DNA of 64,000 bases. It comes from Girardia tigrina (lineage: Eukaryota). The position numbers were made by a program, and so were the translations under genes. This document shows, piece by piece, positions 12,735 to 26,560 of the stretch; within the stretch, counting starts at the first letter, position 1, and each line of letters begins with the position of its first letter. Location: the NCBI GenBank assembly GCA_001938485.1, contig MQRK01167730.1:4723-68722 (forward strand). Direction: 5' to 3'. Under the pieces are notes generated by a model. That model worked only from the letters and a program-made list of their open reading frames with translations. It ran no database searches and had not been told where the DNA came from.

Positions 12735-12882
12735 TTGTGATTAATTTCGACAGATCAACCGTTATCATAAGACTAAAATTAGAATTGATTTACTCGCGTT
12801 TATATATCAAAGCAATTTTTCATAAATCATTGTATAATTTAAATCATGAAAAACTTTCAATAAAGTTGAAGAGGATGGTGTT
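12735..12882 (-). mobile_element. PLE family D 3' end with mutated hammerhead (CUUAUGA)
   Basis: Near-identical to 15848-15993; encodes TPSSSTLLKVF. Confidence 0.9.
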
Positions 12883-13004
12883 GTGGGGTGGACTAAGGGT
12901 CGCGGGGACAAATAAAAAATCATCTCACATTTTATATTGACGACCTGAGACCCAAGCTCTGTGTCTTCACTCAAATGTTGTCCGTTAACGAGAATTTCTA
13001 TAAC

Positions 13005-13379
13005 CAAATACGACGGCATTTTCGGTAAAGACTCAATGAAACCATCAGCATTACATCTTTGATCCATCCAGGTAATCGAATTCGAGTGCCGATTGTAGCC
13101 CGACTCGTCCTTGTCGTCATTCCACAACAAAACACAGTGTATTTGCCTCGATATTCCAACTTGTCTCACATTATTCAAACCGTCACCCTTCATTTCATTT
13201 AATATCTCTCGAATCGTTTCCAATATTTTGTTAACATTTTGCTCGTGATAAAATTGATTTTGATTAATAATCGTGGATTTAGTGTCTTTTATCGAAAAGT
13301 TCCGTGTAGTTTTATCTTTGGCATTGCTCTAAATAACTTTTACGGATGTCGTACCGATATCGATTCCGAGGACATTCAT
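13005..13379 (-). pseudogene. SHPK: Sedoheptulokinase (FGGY kinase) N-terminal fragment
   Basis: MNVLGIDIGTTSVKVI*...HEQNVNKILETIREIL...VRQVGISRQIHCVLLW...SNSITWMDQRC...FIESLPKMPSYL versus SHPK LGIDLGTTSVK, EQDVSRIL, IGVSGQMHGVVFW, LVTWQDGRC; in-frame stop. Confidence 0.88.
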
Positions 13380-13562
13380 GTTTCCCGTTTTTCGGGAGAT
13401 AGTTTTACTCTGAATTTAGTCAGAATATATTGTTTTTATAATTAGATTTATGAATTTTGTAATTAGATTATGAATTAGATTTAGAATTTTTGAATTAGAT
13501 TATGAATTATGAAATCAATCAATATGTATGCATAAAATAATTGATAAATCGATCTCATAACT

Positions 13563-13905
13563 TCAAAATTCAATACGCAGAAAATAACGATAATACATTA
13601 ATAAAAATTCAGTAATTTTGATATTGTACATTGTTCGTTCATATTTTAAGATATGAGTCCCAGAGAAAAACGTTTCGATTGCTGATACAGCACGAGATAG
13701 TCCACAATATTCAATGATTGTCTTCGGCAAAATATCGATCGAACACTCTCTCGTCATTGCTCCAATCTCATCGATTACATTATCATCATCAATCTCCATT
13801 GATCGATGATCGATAATCGAAAAATCGTTAATATCGGTGAAATATTGACCGAGAAAACTCGTGTCGGCAATTAATCGTGATTTCGACTTTTTTTTCATTA
13901 ATAAA
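13563..13905 (-). pseudogene. NTPCR/THEP1-like NTPase fragment
   Basis: LGQYFTDINDF...VIDEIGAM resembles NTPCR VGQYVVDLTSF...VIDEIGKM (Walker B); no P-loop present. Confidence 0.55.
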
Positions 13906-13949
13906 TTTATTAATCGCAAAACAACATGAAATTGATGAATATATAATAT

Positions 13950-14540
13950 ATTGAGTTTCTTCTGAGTCTAGATATAACAGGAATATAATCAAATGTTTCC
14001 TTAACCATTATTGGTCCCTTTCTTCTACTTTTACTAAATCTAATAAAAGCATTGAAACATTGAGTAAATTGTTGAATTACAATGGATATCCTAAGTCTTT
14101 TATTGAGAAACTCCGTCATGACACTTTAGACAAAATTATTGAAAGAGAACGAATTACGACTACTTAGTTTTATGAGACAATTAATTTAACTATAAATAAA
14201 AGTGAAGGATCAGTCTAGAAAGGTCTTAAGATTGCAATTTTTTCATACGGGGTTACAAATTGAGCGGACATTATTCAGAAGGATTCAAACAGCTAAAGAA
14301 TTCTATTCTTAAAGCAACAAATAATGTTTTAAGTTTAAAAATCACTTCTCTGTCATTTAAAGTGGAAAATGTATTTTGAAATAAATCACCTACTCCTTTC
14401 CCTTTGTGTTCGGACGTGGTTTATCAGTATAAATTTAATGGATGCAATGCCACATACATTGGAGAGACTGTCCGTCATATCTACAAACGAGTCCAAAAAC
14501 ATGCTTATAAAGGGGATAAGAGTAATATTGCTGAGTAAAG
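13950..14540 (+). mobile_element. PLE fragment: RT thumb/linker + GIY-YIG N-terminal half
   Basis: LSKLLNYNGYPKSFIEK (PLE NGYP motif) and DVVYQYKFNGCNATYIGETVRHIYKRVQKH. Confidence 0.88.
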
Positions 14541-14564
14541 GAAAACTTTATTTGAGAATGTTAT

Positions 14565-14675
14565 TTGAGATAATCAAAATTTATTTCGACGATTTGATTG
14601 TCATCTTTAGAATAACTGATTTTTTAAAAAATAAAGTTTCTTATATATTGTCAGTAATGATTATGTAATCCATAC
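14565..14675 (-). mobile_element. Inverted PLE pLTR with heavily decayed hammerhead
   Basis: Minus strand GATTACATAATCA...TATATAAG...CTAAAGA-T-GACAA(TCAAA)TCGTC-GAAA-TAAA-TT, family A-like. Confidence 0.6.
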
Positions 14676-15429
14676 TTAATAAATAATTTTTTTAAAAAGA
14701 TATATGTATATTTTATAATTATTTATTTTTATTACGCAAAGTAAATAAAACTGAATGACAGGTGAAATATTTTTTAACTTGATAAAGTAAAAAACATAAT
14801 TAATAAATAATTAAAAATAAATAACTATTTTACAGTTTCAAATACTTTATTTTATTTATTTTACTTTTTGGCAAATAAAAAAAATTGTTTTAATTATCTT
14901 TTCAATAATCTCTTTTAAAAGACTTAAAATAAAATTTTCTTTATTCGTTTCTGATTTTAAGGATTAATTTTTAGTGATTGAATTGCAGATAATTAATGAT
15001 AAAACATTAAAAAATTTTCTAACTGGTTTTATGATTGTAAAATATTCTCAGTGAAAGTATTTATTTTATTAATTATTTATTATATTTTACTAGTATATAT
15101 TTTATTAATCTTAGGACGGGAATGTTTGCTAAAAGATATATAAAATAACTACTCTTTCAACCCGTTGGAAAACAAGCTGAATTACTCGTTTATTTAATAT
15201 TGACATTCGAATTGTACGACAGGGCGACCAGGAACTACCAATACAAATGGTAAGTTTATATACCTTTGAGTTAAATAAATGCTAAATGTACTCACAGGCT
15301 AATCGAGAAAACTGGAATATAATCGCAAAATATATTTTATTGTCATTGTTTTGCAAAATTTATTTCTTATGAATTTACTTTACTATTTAAATCTTCACAA
15401 TTTAAGTTTGCATCTATTTATATGATCCC

Positions 15430-15847
15430 TGTGAGGAATGTTTTGAATTGTGTGTTGATATTGTGCATGTAGAATGTTGATTCGGATTGTGCCTCTCCTA
15501 CACAGATGGATGATTGGTATTTTCTTTGATTCTTACTAATTAAAAATAATTTAATTTAATTTTAAAGTAAAAAAGATTTAAAATAATTTTTGAATGTATT
15601 ATTTATTTTTTAAATGTAATTTAAAATTTTAATATATTAATTTAATATGTTATTTTTTTAAAAAAATGTTTAGATTTAATTTCAACCAATTAAATTCTTT
15701 ATAATTAATAATTTTTATTAACAAATTTTCATTTATTGAAAATAATTAGTTTGAACTCAGAAATATATTGATCAAGAGAGATGTCAAATAGCGAATGCGC
15801 TTGTGGTATTAATAAATGTTGTAAACCTCATATTGATGTTGTTAATA
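15430..15847. mobile_element. Solo LTR (~418 bp), inverted copy of 37222-37636
   Basis: TGTGAGGAAT...GTTAATA, colinear reverse complement of the 37.2-37.6 kb copy. Confidence 0.85.
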
Positions 15848-16175
15848 GTGATTAATTTCGACAGATCAACCGTTATCATCAGACTAAAATTAGGATTGAT
15901 TTACTCGCGTTTATATATCAAAGCAATTTTTCATAAATCATTATGTAATTTAAATCATGAAAATACTTTCAATAAAGTTGAAGAGGATGGTGTTTGCATA
16001 TTGATTTTAGGATCAAAGGATTTGATCAACAATGCTTCACACATCACCCAGTAATTATTATTCACACTCTCCCAGTAATTATTAAATAGTAAACACAAAA
16101 TCTTAAAATTATTTACATCGACTTTATTATGTTTACAAACAGTTCTTCCTATGTTGAGCAATATTGCTATAACTT
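15847..16175 (-). mobile_element. PLE family D 3' fragment with hammerhead motif (15847-15885)
   Basis: ORF 15955-16161 NFKILC...YWVMCEALLIKSFDPKINMQTPSSSTLLKVFS; AGU-CUGAUGA-U-AACGG(UUGAU)CUGUC-GAAA-UUAA-UC-ACU with a G10.1->A change. Confidence 0.9.
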
Positions 16176-17809
16176 TAATTATTCACGTTTCTTTATTTTT
16201 ATAATTTCTTGTATAAAATAAAATATTGATAATATATACATTAATAAAGTCATTTATTTTAATAGTGGCCTAAGTTCATTTATACTTAAATTGAAATGTT
16301 ATTGGGTTTGTGTGGCAATGAAATTTAAAATATAAGTACTCTCAAAAACTTGTCTCCAAAATAATTAATCTTCAAAGAATATAAATAACCTGAATTGTTT
16401 TATTAATAAATAATTTGAAGTGGAACATGTAACCCCTGAAAACTGACTTAATTAACCAATAGATTTAGGCTTCTTTCAAAATAAACGGCTCCATAAATTT
16501 TTAACATATTATTCTACATAGAATTTAATAATTTTCTTCAATATAAATTTAAACAATCCCTATAAAATAATTTAAAAATATTTATATAAATCTTTGGAGT
16601 TTTTGGTCTAGTATATAACTTATGAATCAATATTTAGAATAATAGGACAATCATTTAGAGATTAATTTAACATGCTTCAGTTAGCTTAGTAATCTTGCTT
16701 CAGTGTTGATTGTCTTCTAGTTATTTACAATTAATACCTTATATTACCAGTGGAATAAACCTTAAATTAAAAATTATTATTATATTTATTATTTGTTTCG
16801 GAATTTCAAGATAAATGTATATTGTAATAACCTCTCAATTTTGTTGTTAACAGTTTATTTTATTTATTTCTTTTAGTGTGATCTTTTTCCATTTACGTGT
16901 GTATACGTAAGCTGTACATACTCTGCAAACATGTGATGTTGTAATTTATTTAAATTTTATTTTTAATAACCCGTTGTTGTAGGGGTTTACTTTTTATTAA
17001 CTTTAGTTATTTTTTTATGTTATATTATTAAATAATTACCATGGACAATAAAGAATAATAAAAAAATCAATAGACAATGGATTTATAAAATTCAAAGATA
17101 AAGAACTATAATTCTGCATTATCGTCAAATTTATTTTACATTTGGAGTTCATTTTACAATCGAGGAGCAGACTTTCCTAAACACAATCGCAAAGGGCCCA
17201 GAACAGATAAACACAAATACTAAAGTAAAATTATTGTTATCATTCAAAACTATTGGATCCAACAATTTCAAAATCCAACTATTATGAATCAAAAAATAAA
17301 TAGGATTACATCTTCGTTCTCCTAACCAGAGTCAAGATCCTCAATCCTCAAACAAAGAAAAAATTTCTCTCAGAATTATTCACCGTCATTCGTTCATCTA
17401 TTCTACAAACGAAAGTAAAAATACAACAACTGACATTCTTTTTCCTGTGATTATCATTAACATCTTCGTTTTATCCTTCCGTTTTTCTAATTAATATTTT
17501 TTCTGTGCTTAGAGTTATTTTATTTTTTTTTGATTATTGTATAGCCAAGTTGGTAAAGACTTTTCTTTTCTAACCAGCTTGATTACACAATACCTTGTTG
17601 GTCTATTTTTATTTATAGTAAAAATAACAAATCGACACTTCAGCCACTTGGCGCTTCATTTGTTATTTTTAAATATATATATATATATAATAATTATTAT
17701 TTATATGTATAAACAGATATTCAATTTTTAAGGTACAATTTTTCGTTTTTATTTATTAAATGTTGCTTTTGCTATATTATATATTGTGTTATTATTATAA
17801 ATATGTTCC

Positions 17810-18323
17810 TGGGGATTCTGTACCAATCGTCTCGCGACTTCCGACGAATATTGATAGCGACTTTGTGGGCAGATTTTCAACGCCAGTAACACGACGTGAC
17901 GCCGTCGATTGTTCTTTTAGATTTAACTTTTCCCATTTGCGATTTGTCATGACTTTATTCAGATTCAAATGAAACAAAAACGCACCTGGCGGTTGGAAAT
18001 CAGCAAATGATTCTTGCATGTTTTTCACAGATTCGGATTGATCGGCGTCAGCCAAGATTTTCAACTCTTGTTTCTTTGAAAAAATCGATATAGTATGAAT
18101 TAAAATGGGGAATTTGCAGTTATATCTCGAGTTCACTAATATTCTGAGCTGTTGCTTTTATGAAACAAATGCCATTCATGTAAATGAGATTTTCTTTGAT
18201 ATAATTAATTGTTTCGTAAAGATAAACTTCATGTTTCATTATTTCTGACATTACTGTCATAGCTCCAGATTCATTTTTTATCATATATGTAAAATAATTC
18301 TTAATCGCTTCATTAAGATTCAT
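17810..18323 (-). pseudogene. VPS45: Vps45 (Sec1/Munc18 family) N-terminal fragment
   Basis: MNLNEAIKNYFTYMI...SEIMKHEVYLYETI...ICFIKATAQNI...LKILADADQSESVKNMQESFADF...FLFHLNL versus VPS45 MNVVFAVKQYISKMI, SEILQKEVYLFERI, ICFLRPTKENV, LAEADEQEVV; internal deletion, stop and frameshifts. Confidence 0.9.
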
Positions 18324-20902
18324 TTTGAATCAAATAACTTTCGAAGAAAAATAATAATTTAATATTTGACGGACAAAAAATATTATTTGAATTTATCAAC
18401 TACAACTGCGGAGTTAAGGCAAATTCATAATACGTCTGAATCTTTAAACAAACTTAAAATGAAAAAAACAACACCAACCCAATATATATATATATAACAT
18501 AAAAAATATTTATATCTATTTTAATTTTCAAGATTTAACATTTTTCTTTTTAAAAATTTTTTATAAAGAATTATTTAGAACGAAAATCATTTAAAACGAA
18601 ATCCAACATATTGCTTATATTATAAATATGAATACATTTATATGTAAGTTAAATTTAAGAAAAACCATTAAATAATTAAAAAAATCATTATTGATAAATT
18701 TGAATTTAGTAATTGGATTGGCCGAACTCTCCGATGACGCAATATGTGTGTTTGACGATTCTGTATGCGTGTTTAAGAAAATGAAATTCTCGAATCGATT
18801 GATTGGTCTCTTTCCTATTGATTGACCAATCAGAGCGAGTTAAGTCGTTAGGTGATTTTGAAAATCCATTTTTTCAAAACGAATTTTCGTGAAACGATTA
18901 TTTAGTCGTTTGTTTTTCTTAAGAACGATTTTCATGGATACGATTTAATTGCTGTTTGATAATTTAATTTTGTGAAGAAATTATTTACAATTTATTTACT
19001 TTGAATTATTGAGACAATTGTTAATTTGAAATTGTTGAAACATTTTGTCGCATAATTAGATTGTGAACATTATTTTGTTGATTTTCTGATTTGAATATTT
19101 AATTGTGTTTGTGAAGAATATTTTAAATGCTAAATATTGTAAAAAGAATTAGAAAAAATTGTTCGAATAATCATGATTAAAAATAGAAATTAAAAAAAAT
19201 AATTAGAGTGATATTCAACACCGAAAGATCTTGCAAGATTTGTAATGACTACAAATGTAATAATAATAAAGATGCTAATAAAATCTTCTTAATGTTCTTA
19301 ACATTGTTGACCCATTATTTTTTTCGAAAAGTTAAAAATATTGTGTTGTAATTTGAAATTCAAAATTGATTTTGCTGGTCATTAGTGTTAAAAGAATAAA
19401 GAATGAGATGATCAAATGTCAATGATTTAAGAAGAAATAAGGGCGACTCTATTGGCAGAGGGGAAGGACAAAATAATATCTCACCCAGAAAGAGAGGAAA
19501 TAAAATAGAGTCATTTTTTGATATTTAAGGTCATTAAATTCATCATTTTTTTTAATTTATGTTAAAAAATATATGAATATTTTTATCACGTATATATCTT
19601 TCCCATATTAAAAGAAAATTAGTTTTTATGAACAAAAGAATGTTTTTAAAAATGTTTTTATGGTAAATATTTTATAAAGAATGGAATTTAAAACGGTTTT
19701 TATTATGTACCTTTTATAAATAAAAAGATATACATATAGATAAATACGAATTTCATTAAAAATTTAGACTCATGACAATGGATTGATATTTTTGCTAAGC
19801 ATCATTCTATTTAGAAATTCAGTAAATAGAGTTTTTCGAAAACCATAACATTTTTTTTGAATTTAATAATACTAAATAAGAATTGTTGTATCATAAGTAA
19901 ATACAACTTTACCCATAACAAATAAAAGTAGAAAATATAATATAAGTAGAAAATGATATTAACGTTTCCTGGAACGACATCACGCAAATAAATTCACATA
20001 CTTAAATGTTTCCATTTAAAGCGCTCTCAAAGATAAAATCTCTTACAGAAAAAAAATTCACAATCAAAGGAAATCCCAATGCAAAATGTTTATTCCCATT
20101 CATTACTTGTTCAGTAAAGATGATGTTTTCATTTGGACTTTATTTTGTTTGGGTATTTATATATGTCAGTTGTTTTCCTTAAATCGTCTTTATACAGATA
20201 ACACAATGTAAACCTCTAAATAGTACAAATTCATCGGTTTATCTTTAGACAGAATAAAATGTTCATAAAATATCTTTAGAAAACAAATCTCATATCGATT
20301 ATCCTTCTTAAAGGTCTTGAATCACCGGTAACATAAATAAGGAGGTATCTATAAGGAAGTATACTATTTTTTTTCGCTGATCATGATGCTATATTGCTAT
20401 AAAATAAACACCTTCAATTATTCACAATTTTACTTGTTTTTAATAATCCCTTAATTCAAGTCTATTCGACAACCTGTAGGAACCAAGGTCGTAGCTAAGA
20501 GATAGAGACATTGAGGATTAATCCCCTTGAAATATTAAAAAAATATTTCCTTACTAAAAATTTATTAACATTTACTAAATATACTAAAAATTTATTTCCA
20601 TCAAATAAAATTTTAAAAATTTAATGAAATAAACATTAATAATTTGAGATAATTAAGAAATAATTTAAATATTGATAATTTTATTCAGTTTTAATTTCTT
20701 AACGCTTAAAAAATATTGTTAATAAAATATTTAATTTGGTTTAATAAAAATTTGATTTCAGCAACATCATCATGAAGAAGAAACACATCATTTTAACTTG
20801 AAGAGTTGTTGTTATGATGATCCGAATTAAAATTATTGGGCATTATTAAATTTTTATACATCTTTTTTTTATTATTTTAATATATACTATCAATTATTTC
20901 TA

Positions 20903-20904
<2 letters not shown>

Positions 20905-20942
<38 letters not shown>
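20905..20942. repeat. (TA)n microsatellite
   Basis: Direct; others at about 2449, 10567-10682 (gap flanks), 31982-32017, 45340-45370. Confidence 0.95.
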
Positions 20943-20945
<3 letters not shown>

Positions 20946-23059
20946 CGATTCTATTTGAAACGATTAAATAGAAATGTACGTTGTGATCATCTGCGTTGTC
21001 AAGAGAGAGACAGATATAAATAAAACTAAAAATAAATTAACAAAATATAATAGGATTTTATCTAAAATTTCCAAAACAGTCTTTTGTAATTTTATGAACT
21101 CAAACTATTTAAATATTAAAACATTTTTTTTGTTTATCATATTTTCAAAATTTCTAGAGGAAATGTCTTTCATTCAGAATCTGAATTTCAGTTTATATCG
21201 TATTCCTTCGAATAAATGACGCATCGTTTATTAAAATGTAAAGTTTTCCTGTTAATTATTTTAATTGTTGTTATTTTAAATTGAGATCAAACACTTTTAT
21301 AAAAATGAGAATATACCTACAAATTAAGACTCAGATATGAATATTGATGCATGTGGTACAATGACAAAAACTTAATCGAGGTCGCCATTTAATCAAGGAA
21401 ATATGGTTTGTCCCATAATAATAAAAAATCATATATTAATATCATGATAATTTATCTGATTAATTAATTAAAATATTTCATTTAAGTTTAATTATGAACA
21501 GCATCAAAGGCAAAATTATTTTTCAAAATACTATATGTGATCTTAAAGGTTGCTTCTGTCCACATGTGTCTTAAATGGTGTAAAGGACCGTTAAGAGAAC
21601 AAGAACGATATCAGATCAAGTTTAAGGGAATTCTGAAAGATTTATAATTAGATAATCTTCTTCAGCCTTTTATAACCCCTAAAAAGAAACTAAACTAAGA
21701 ATAATAAACGAAATTGTGAACTTCATGGAGTTATGACGAGTTATTTGACATTTTATTTTTAAAACAATGAAATATTAATTTAGAAAATTAATAAAAATAA
21801 AAAAATGTTATGATTAATAATTTTTTTAATTGTTGATTTTTATTTTCATACGATTCCGATAAAAGATTTTCGTAAATTATCATTATAAAGAATATATAAT
21901 TAAAATCAAAATTAAATTATATCTCAATAAAATTAAAATTAATTATCGAAACATATTCATTTATTCAATAACAAATATTTTGTTCAAAAAAAATCATAAA
22001 ATGTAATTTTAATTTCATTAATATTCCCAAATTGAAAATTCAAACAATGAAATATTGAAAAAAATATAAATAAAATAATTGTTAATATTTTCTAGAAAAA
22101 CAAACATTATTATTCTTTTAAATTATTTCAAAATAAAGAAAAAACCGATTTATAAAACAACATAAAATTGTGAAACGTTTTACGACTTTGGAATTTATTT
22201 TCCAATTTTCGAATTGTAGAAATTCGTTATTTAATAAAGGAAAACTTTTTATTTGATTTTTTTTATTTTTAATTATTACTTTATTATTTAATTAACATCT
22301 GATAAATGAATACAAAAGATGAAAGAAATGAATCTTTCAATGTTGCTCTTTCAAAGACTGATAGGAAATTGTCTATTATTTTTTTTCTTTAATTGCTAAA
22401 AAATCTTTAAAATTTCTAACAATATTATTTGTACTAATCTTGTCAATGAAAACATTGCCTAAGCATCCTTTAAATACATCCTATAAAAACAACCATAAAA
22501 TAAGTTTCAAATTCTATTTTTGTATTTGTTAAAAATCAAATGTAACTAGAAATTTCAAGAACACTTTTTGAAAGATATTAGGATTCAAGTAGTTTTGAGT
22601 GAAACCATTCAATCATATCTTGGAACTTCAGAGTGCGACGTATTTTTGAGAACAAGATGATGTCCGTTGGAAAAATGAATGGACAAAATAGATCATTTAT
22701 TACATATTAAAGTTTTATATAGATGGACATGATATCATACAATGAACCCATCATTGACAGCAATAATACTTATGCAGCAGCAAAATTTTCTTTACAATAA
22801 GAACGTTAAGTCTTTGGAAATCCAGAAATACTATCTGAAATACCTGATAAGTTTTGGAAGGATGGAATTTTCTAGTTATACGAAAAATGATAAAAAATGT
22901 GGAAAAATGGTGCATAAATTGTTTGATTAAATTCATGTATAAATAGGGTGTTCCAAAAGTAATGGGAGGAAGTTATTTAGTATGCATATCTGACAAAATA
23001 AAAAAATGCAAAGTTAATGGTTCATCTGTATTTGCCAACATACAGAATGGGATAACATT

Positions 23060-23900
23060 TATCACATAGATCATAGGATAACATAGATCAATGGATAACA
23101 TAGATCACATTTGCAGTTGTTTTCCCGGTAAGGCGGTGCACTGTTCAAACTGCTCATACGCTGCATGACATGCTCTTTAGACCATGTCCAATAGTATTTC
23201 TTTAATGCTGCACTCGATATTTTCTTGGATCTTGGCAGTGGTAGCAGGCCTTGTGCCACACAGTTGTTTCGGCTTCTGGATTTCTCACAAAGCTAACCTG
23301 TAAGAACTGGTCTTCTTAGTTGGTTTGTCATTAGTTGCTGTGTCCAACCCGACCCTTAGACCTTGTAAAAAACAAACCGCATCTTCGTCTGGGTCGGATG
23401 GCTTTCCAAAAAAACTCTGGATGTATCGTGACTTCAACGTAAACAGGGACCGTTTTTCCGGGTGAACCTTTGTGAGTGCCAAAATAGGAGTCTGAAGACA
23501 TTCAAAGGACATGTGTGCTCGCAAGTGAGGGAATTTTCCGATGTGGCTGGTCCTGGGCCAAATGGACGCTTTAGTCCGAGCTCCATGCTTGACGAATATT
23601 TACTCATTGGCGTATCCCATTTTGTCATAACAGGTATAGATATTCATCAGCATTGACTGGAAGTAAGGTCCAGCATCAAAGAAATAAGACACTTGCCGAA
23701 GATACTACTCGCCACACCATTATTCACAGGCGCAAGTTTAGAATCTGCTCTTGAGCGTTTGGATTCTTTAGATCCCACCAAACATTGTCTTGTCGTGACA
23801 CTGCTCTAGATAGGTCAAACAAAGATTCGTCTGTCCACATTACTTAGTACCATTAGTATTAAAAACCATTCATTATAATTCAGTCCTCCGCCATATACTT
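23060..23900 (-). mobile_element. Unclassified GC-richer coding-like remnant, probably TE-derived
   Basis: Compositional island with broken overlapping ORFs; no diagnostic motif recognised. Confidence 0.3.
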
Positions 23901-24278
23901 ACCAAGAAAACTTTTAACTCATAACTTATTTATGAAAATATTTCGGAATGTCTATTGCGATTTTTTTCCTTATGACAGTTTCTCCTTCGTCGTTTTTTCC
24001 CGAGATGTTGATTCCATAGTCCGTATTTGGTCCTATAATCTTTTTATTATAGTGAGTAGAATATATAGTTGATCAAGTATTTTGATAAATATGAAAATTA
24101 ATTTTGTTAAAGCTTTTTTCAAAAATTAAAGATTTTAAGATTTGAAACGCCTTTATTTTTCCCATTTTGAATGCTTATTAAATGTTTGTAGTCTCTTAAG
24201 CATTTTTAAAATGCAAAAAGAAAAACTGTTACAAATCTCAAATTCAATTAAAAAATTTGTTTTCCATTATTATAGAAT

Positions 24279-24865
24279 ACTAGCGCGCTCGGCCCGCTTC
24301 GCGGCCCTCTCTTGCCGGGGGTTCAATTTTTTTTATATTATAAAAGCCCAAGTAACTCACTGCCTGCCTCACTGCCTCACTAACGCTGTAAGGTNNNNNN
24401 NNNNNNNNNNNNNNNNNNNNNNNNNNNNNNNNNNNNNNNNNNNNNNNNNNNNNNNNNNNNNNNNNNNNNNNNNNNNNNNNNNNNNNNNNNNNNNNNNNNN
24501 NNNNNNNNNNNNNNNNNNNNNNNNNNNNNNNNNNNNNNNNNNNNNNNNNNNNNNNNNNNNNNNNNNNNNNNNNNNNNNNNNNNNNNNNNNNNNNNNNNNN
24601 NNNNNNNNNNNNNNNNNNNNNNNNNNNNNNNNNNNNNNNNNNNNNNNNNNNNNNNNNNNNNNNNNNNNNNNNNNNNNNNNNNNNNNNNNNNNNNNNNNNN
24701 NNNNNNNNNNNNNNNNNNNNNNNNNNNNNNNNNNNNNNNNNNNNNNNNNNNNTTTATAGTGTGCCGGATATATATACTACCCGACACACTCGGGTTTTTT
24801 TATCTCGCTTGATTACGTCAGCGTTAGTGAAGCAGTGAGTGACTTGGGCTTTTATAATATATATA
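24279..24865 (-). mobile_element. Non-autonomous Helitron spanning an N gap
   Basis: Minus-strand 3' end GGCCGCGAAGCGGGCC hairpin followed by CTAG; 5'-type end TATATTATAAAAGCCCAAGT..CTCACTG present on both strands (24333+ and ~24860-). Confidence 0.75.
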
Positions 24866-26199
24866 ATAAATAATTAAAATAATTAACTTAAATAATTAAA
24901 ATAAATTTAAAAACTATTCCCTTGAAGCGAACATTTGATAAGATTTACACTACAACTAAGAAATATTAAATTATAATTGTTGATGATGGAATTCCAAAAC
25001 TTATTTAATAATCAATTTAAAAAAAAAGATTTAACGAAATTATTTTTATAAAATATCAAATTTGATATTAATACATTATCGGATACAATTTATTAATAAA
25101 TAATATTTGTATGTTATTCAAAAATAATATAATCAACATCCTTTTAAAATTATACCGGAATTATTAAATTAATACGATATTATTATTTTTTTAAAAATTA
25201 TTTTAATTACAAAGAAATTAAATAATTATTTAAATAAATGTGGATAACATGTCAGTCATTTGAAACTTTAATTATGCATATTATTTTGATTATAATTATT
25301 AAGCAGTACGGGTAAATAAAATATTTTATTATAACGAACAAATAATAATACATCTATTATATTTGAAATATTTTTTTTAAAAAATTCAAAAATTAAATAA
25401 ATAAAACATTAGAAAAATTAAAATTTTAAATTAAATTTAGTCAAATTAAATTAATAATCATTATGTATTCTATAATGTTTTTAAATTGAAAAGTTTGTAG
25501 CAACTGACTTCAATTATTCATACTTAACAACTCAAACTCAAACACTCATTATGATGGATGAAAGAACAAAATTAAATAATTTTTCCGAGTATTAATGCGA
25601 ATTTATGTCGGAAAGTTGTCTTTAGTTTTTTAAGTATCCAGATTTTTAATGTTGAGTTACAATATATGTGTTAGAATCGTATATGGTCTTTCTAGAGAGG
25701 TTCATTAATGGTGTAAAAAATCGACGAAAAAAATGTAATAAAAATTAAAAAGACCATACATATTTTCAACTTAAACGATTTACCGAAAGATTAAAGGGGA
25801 TTTCTCAAATCTATACGACGTAACTGTTTAAAAAGTAATACAATTTATATAAAGTTCAGCTTAGAATATGTATATAATATATATACTATATATTTGGCTT
25901 TAATCTATGGTAGAAGAATGTCTGCCTCCAAATCCGAAAAGATTGTGAATTAAATATTCTTCTGTTAGCTAACAAAAGTCATTAAAATATATTTAGTGAA
26001 TGTATTTTCATAATGTGATTTAATTTTATTTAATTATTTTGATTTTTACTAAATATATTATTTTCCTAATTTGTCGTGAAAATTTCTGGGATATGCTTTT
26101 ATCTTCTGTTTTGATTTAAAACCCATATAATTCATTATGAAACGCTAATTTACAATTTAATTTTTTTCTCGGTTTACTCTCGAAGAGGAAATTGGCTCA

Positions 26200-26560
26200 T
26201 GACAATAAGGCCCCCCTTGATAACTTCATTAACATAAAAGCAAATGTTGAATTTAATGCCCTTCTCAATGAAGACAAGAGATGTTTTACCCGATAAACAG
26301 ACCCCTGCCAAACAATCACAGATTCAAGAAATTCTGAACGACTTATGAAATAAGTATTGACAGAGAAACGGGTGTTCTGAGAGTTGTGCGATCGTTTTCT
26401 GGGGAAATATTTTAGTTGGAAAATTTTACTTCATAAAAGCTTGCTTGTTAATTAACGCAATAAGCATTTGTGTTTTTCTGATGCAATAAGGAGACATTTA
26501 TAGATCATTTTTAACTATGAACCTCATTTTCATTCTTAGATACCATAATATTTGGTCATC
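26200..26560 (-). mobile_element. Tc1/mariner-superfamily transposase remnant
   Basis: MRFIVKNDL...HNSQNTR...SVIVW...GKTSLVFIEKGIKFN..FYVNEVI; related to 50060-50165. Confidence 0.65.
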
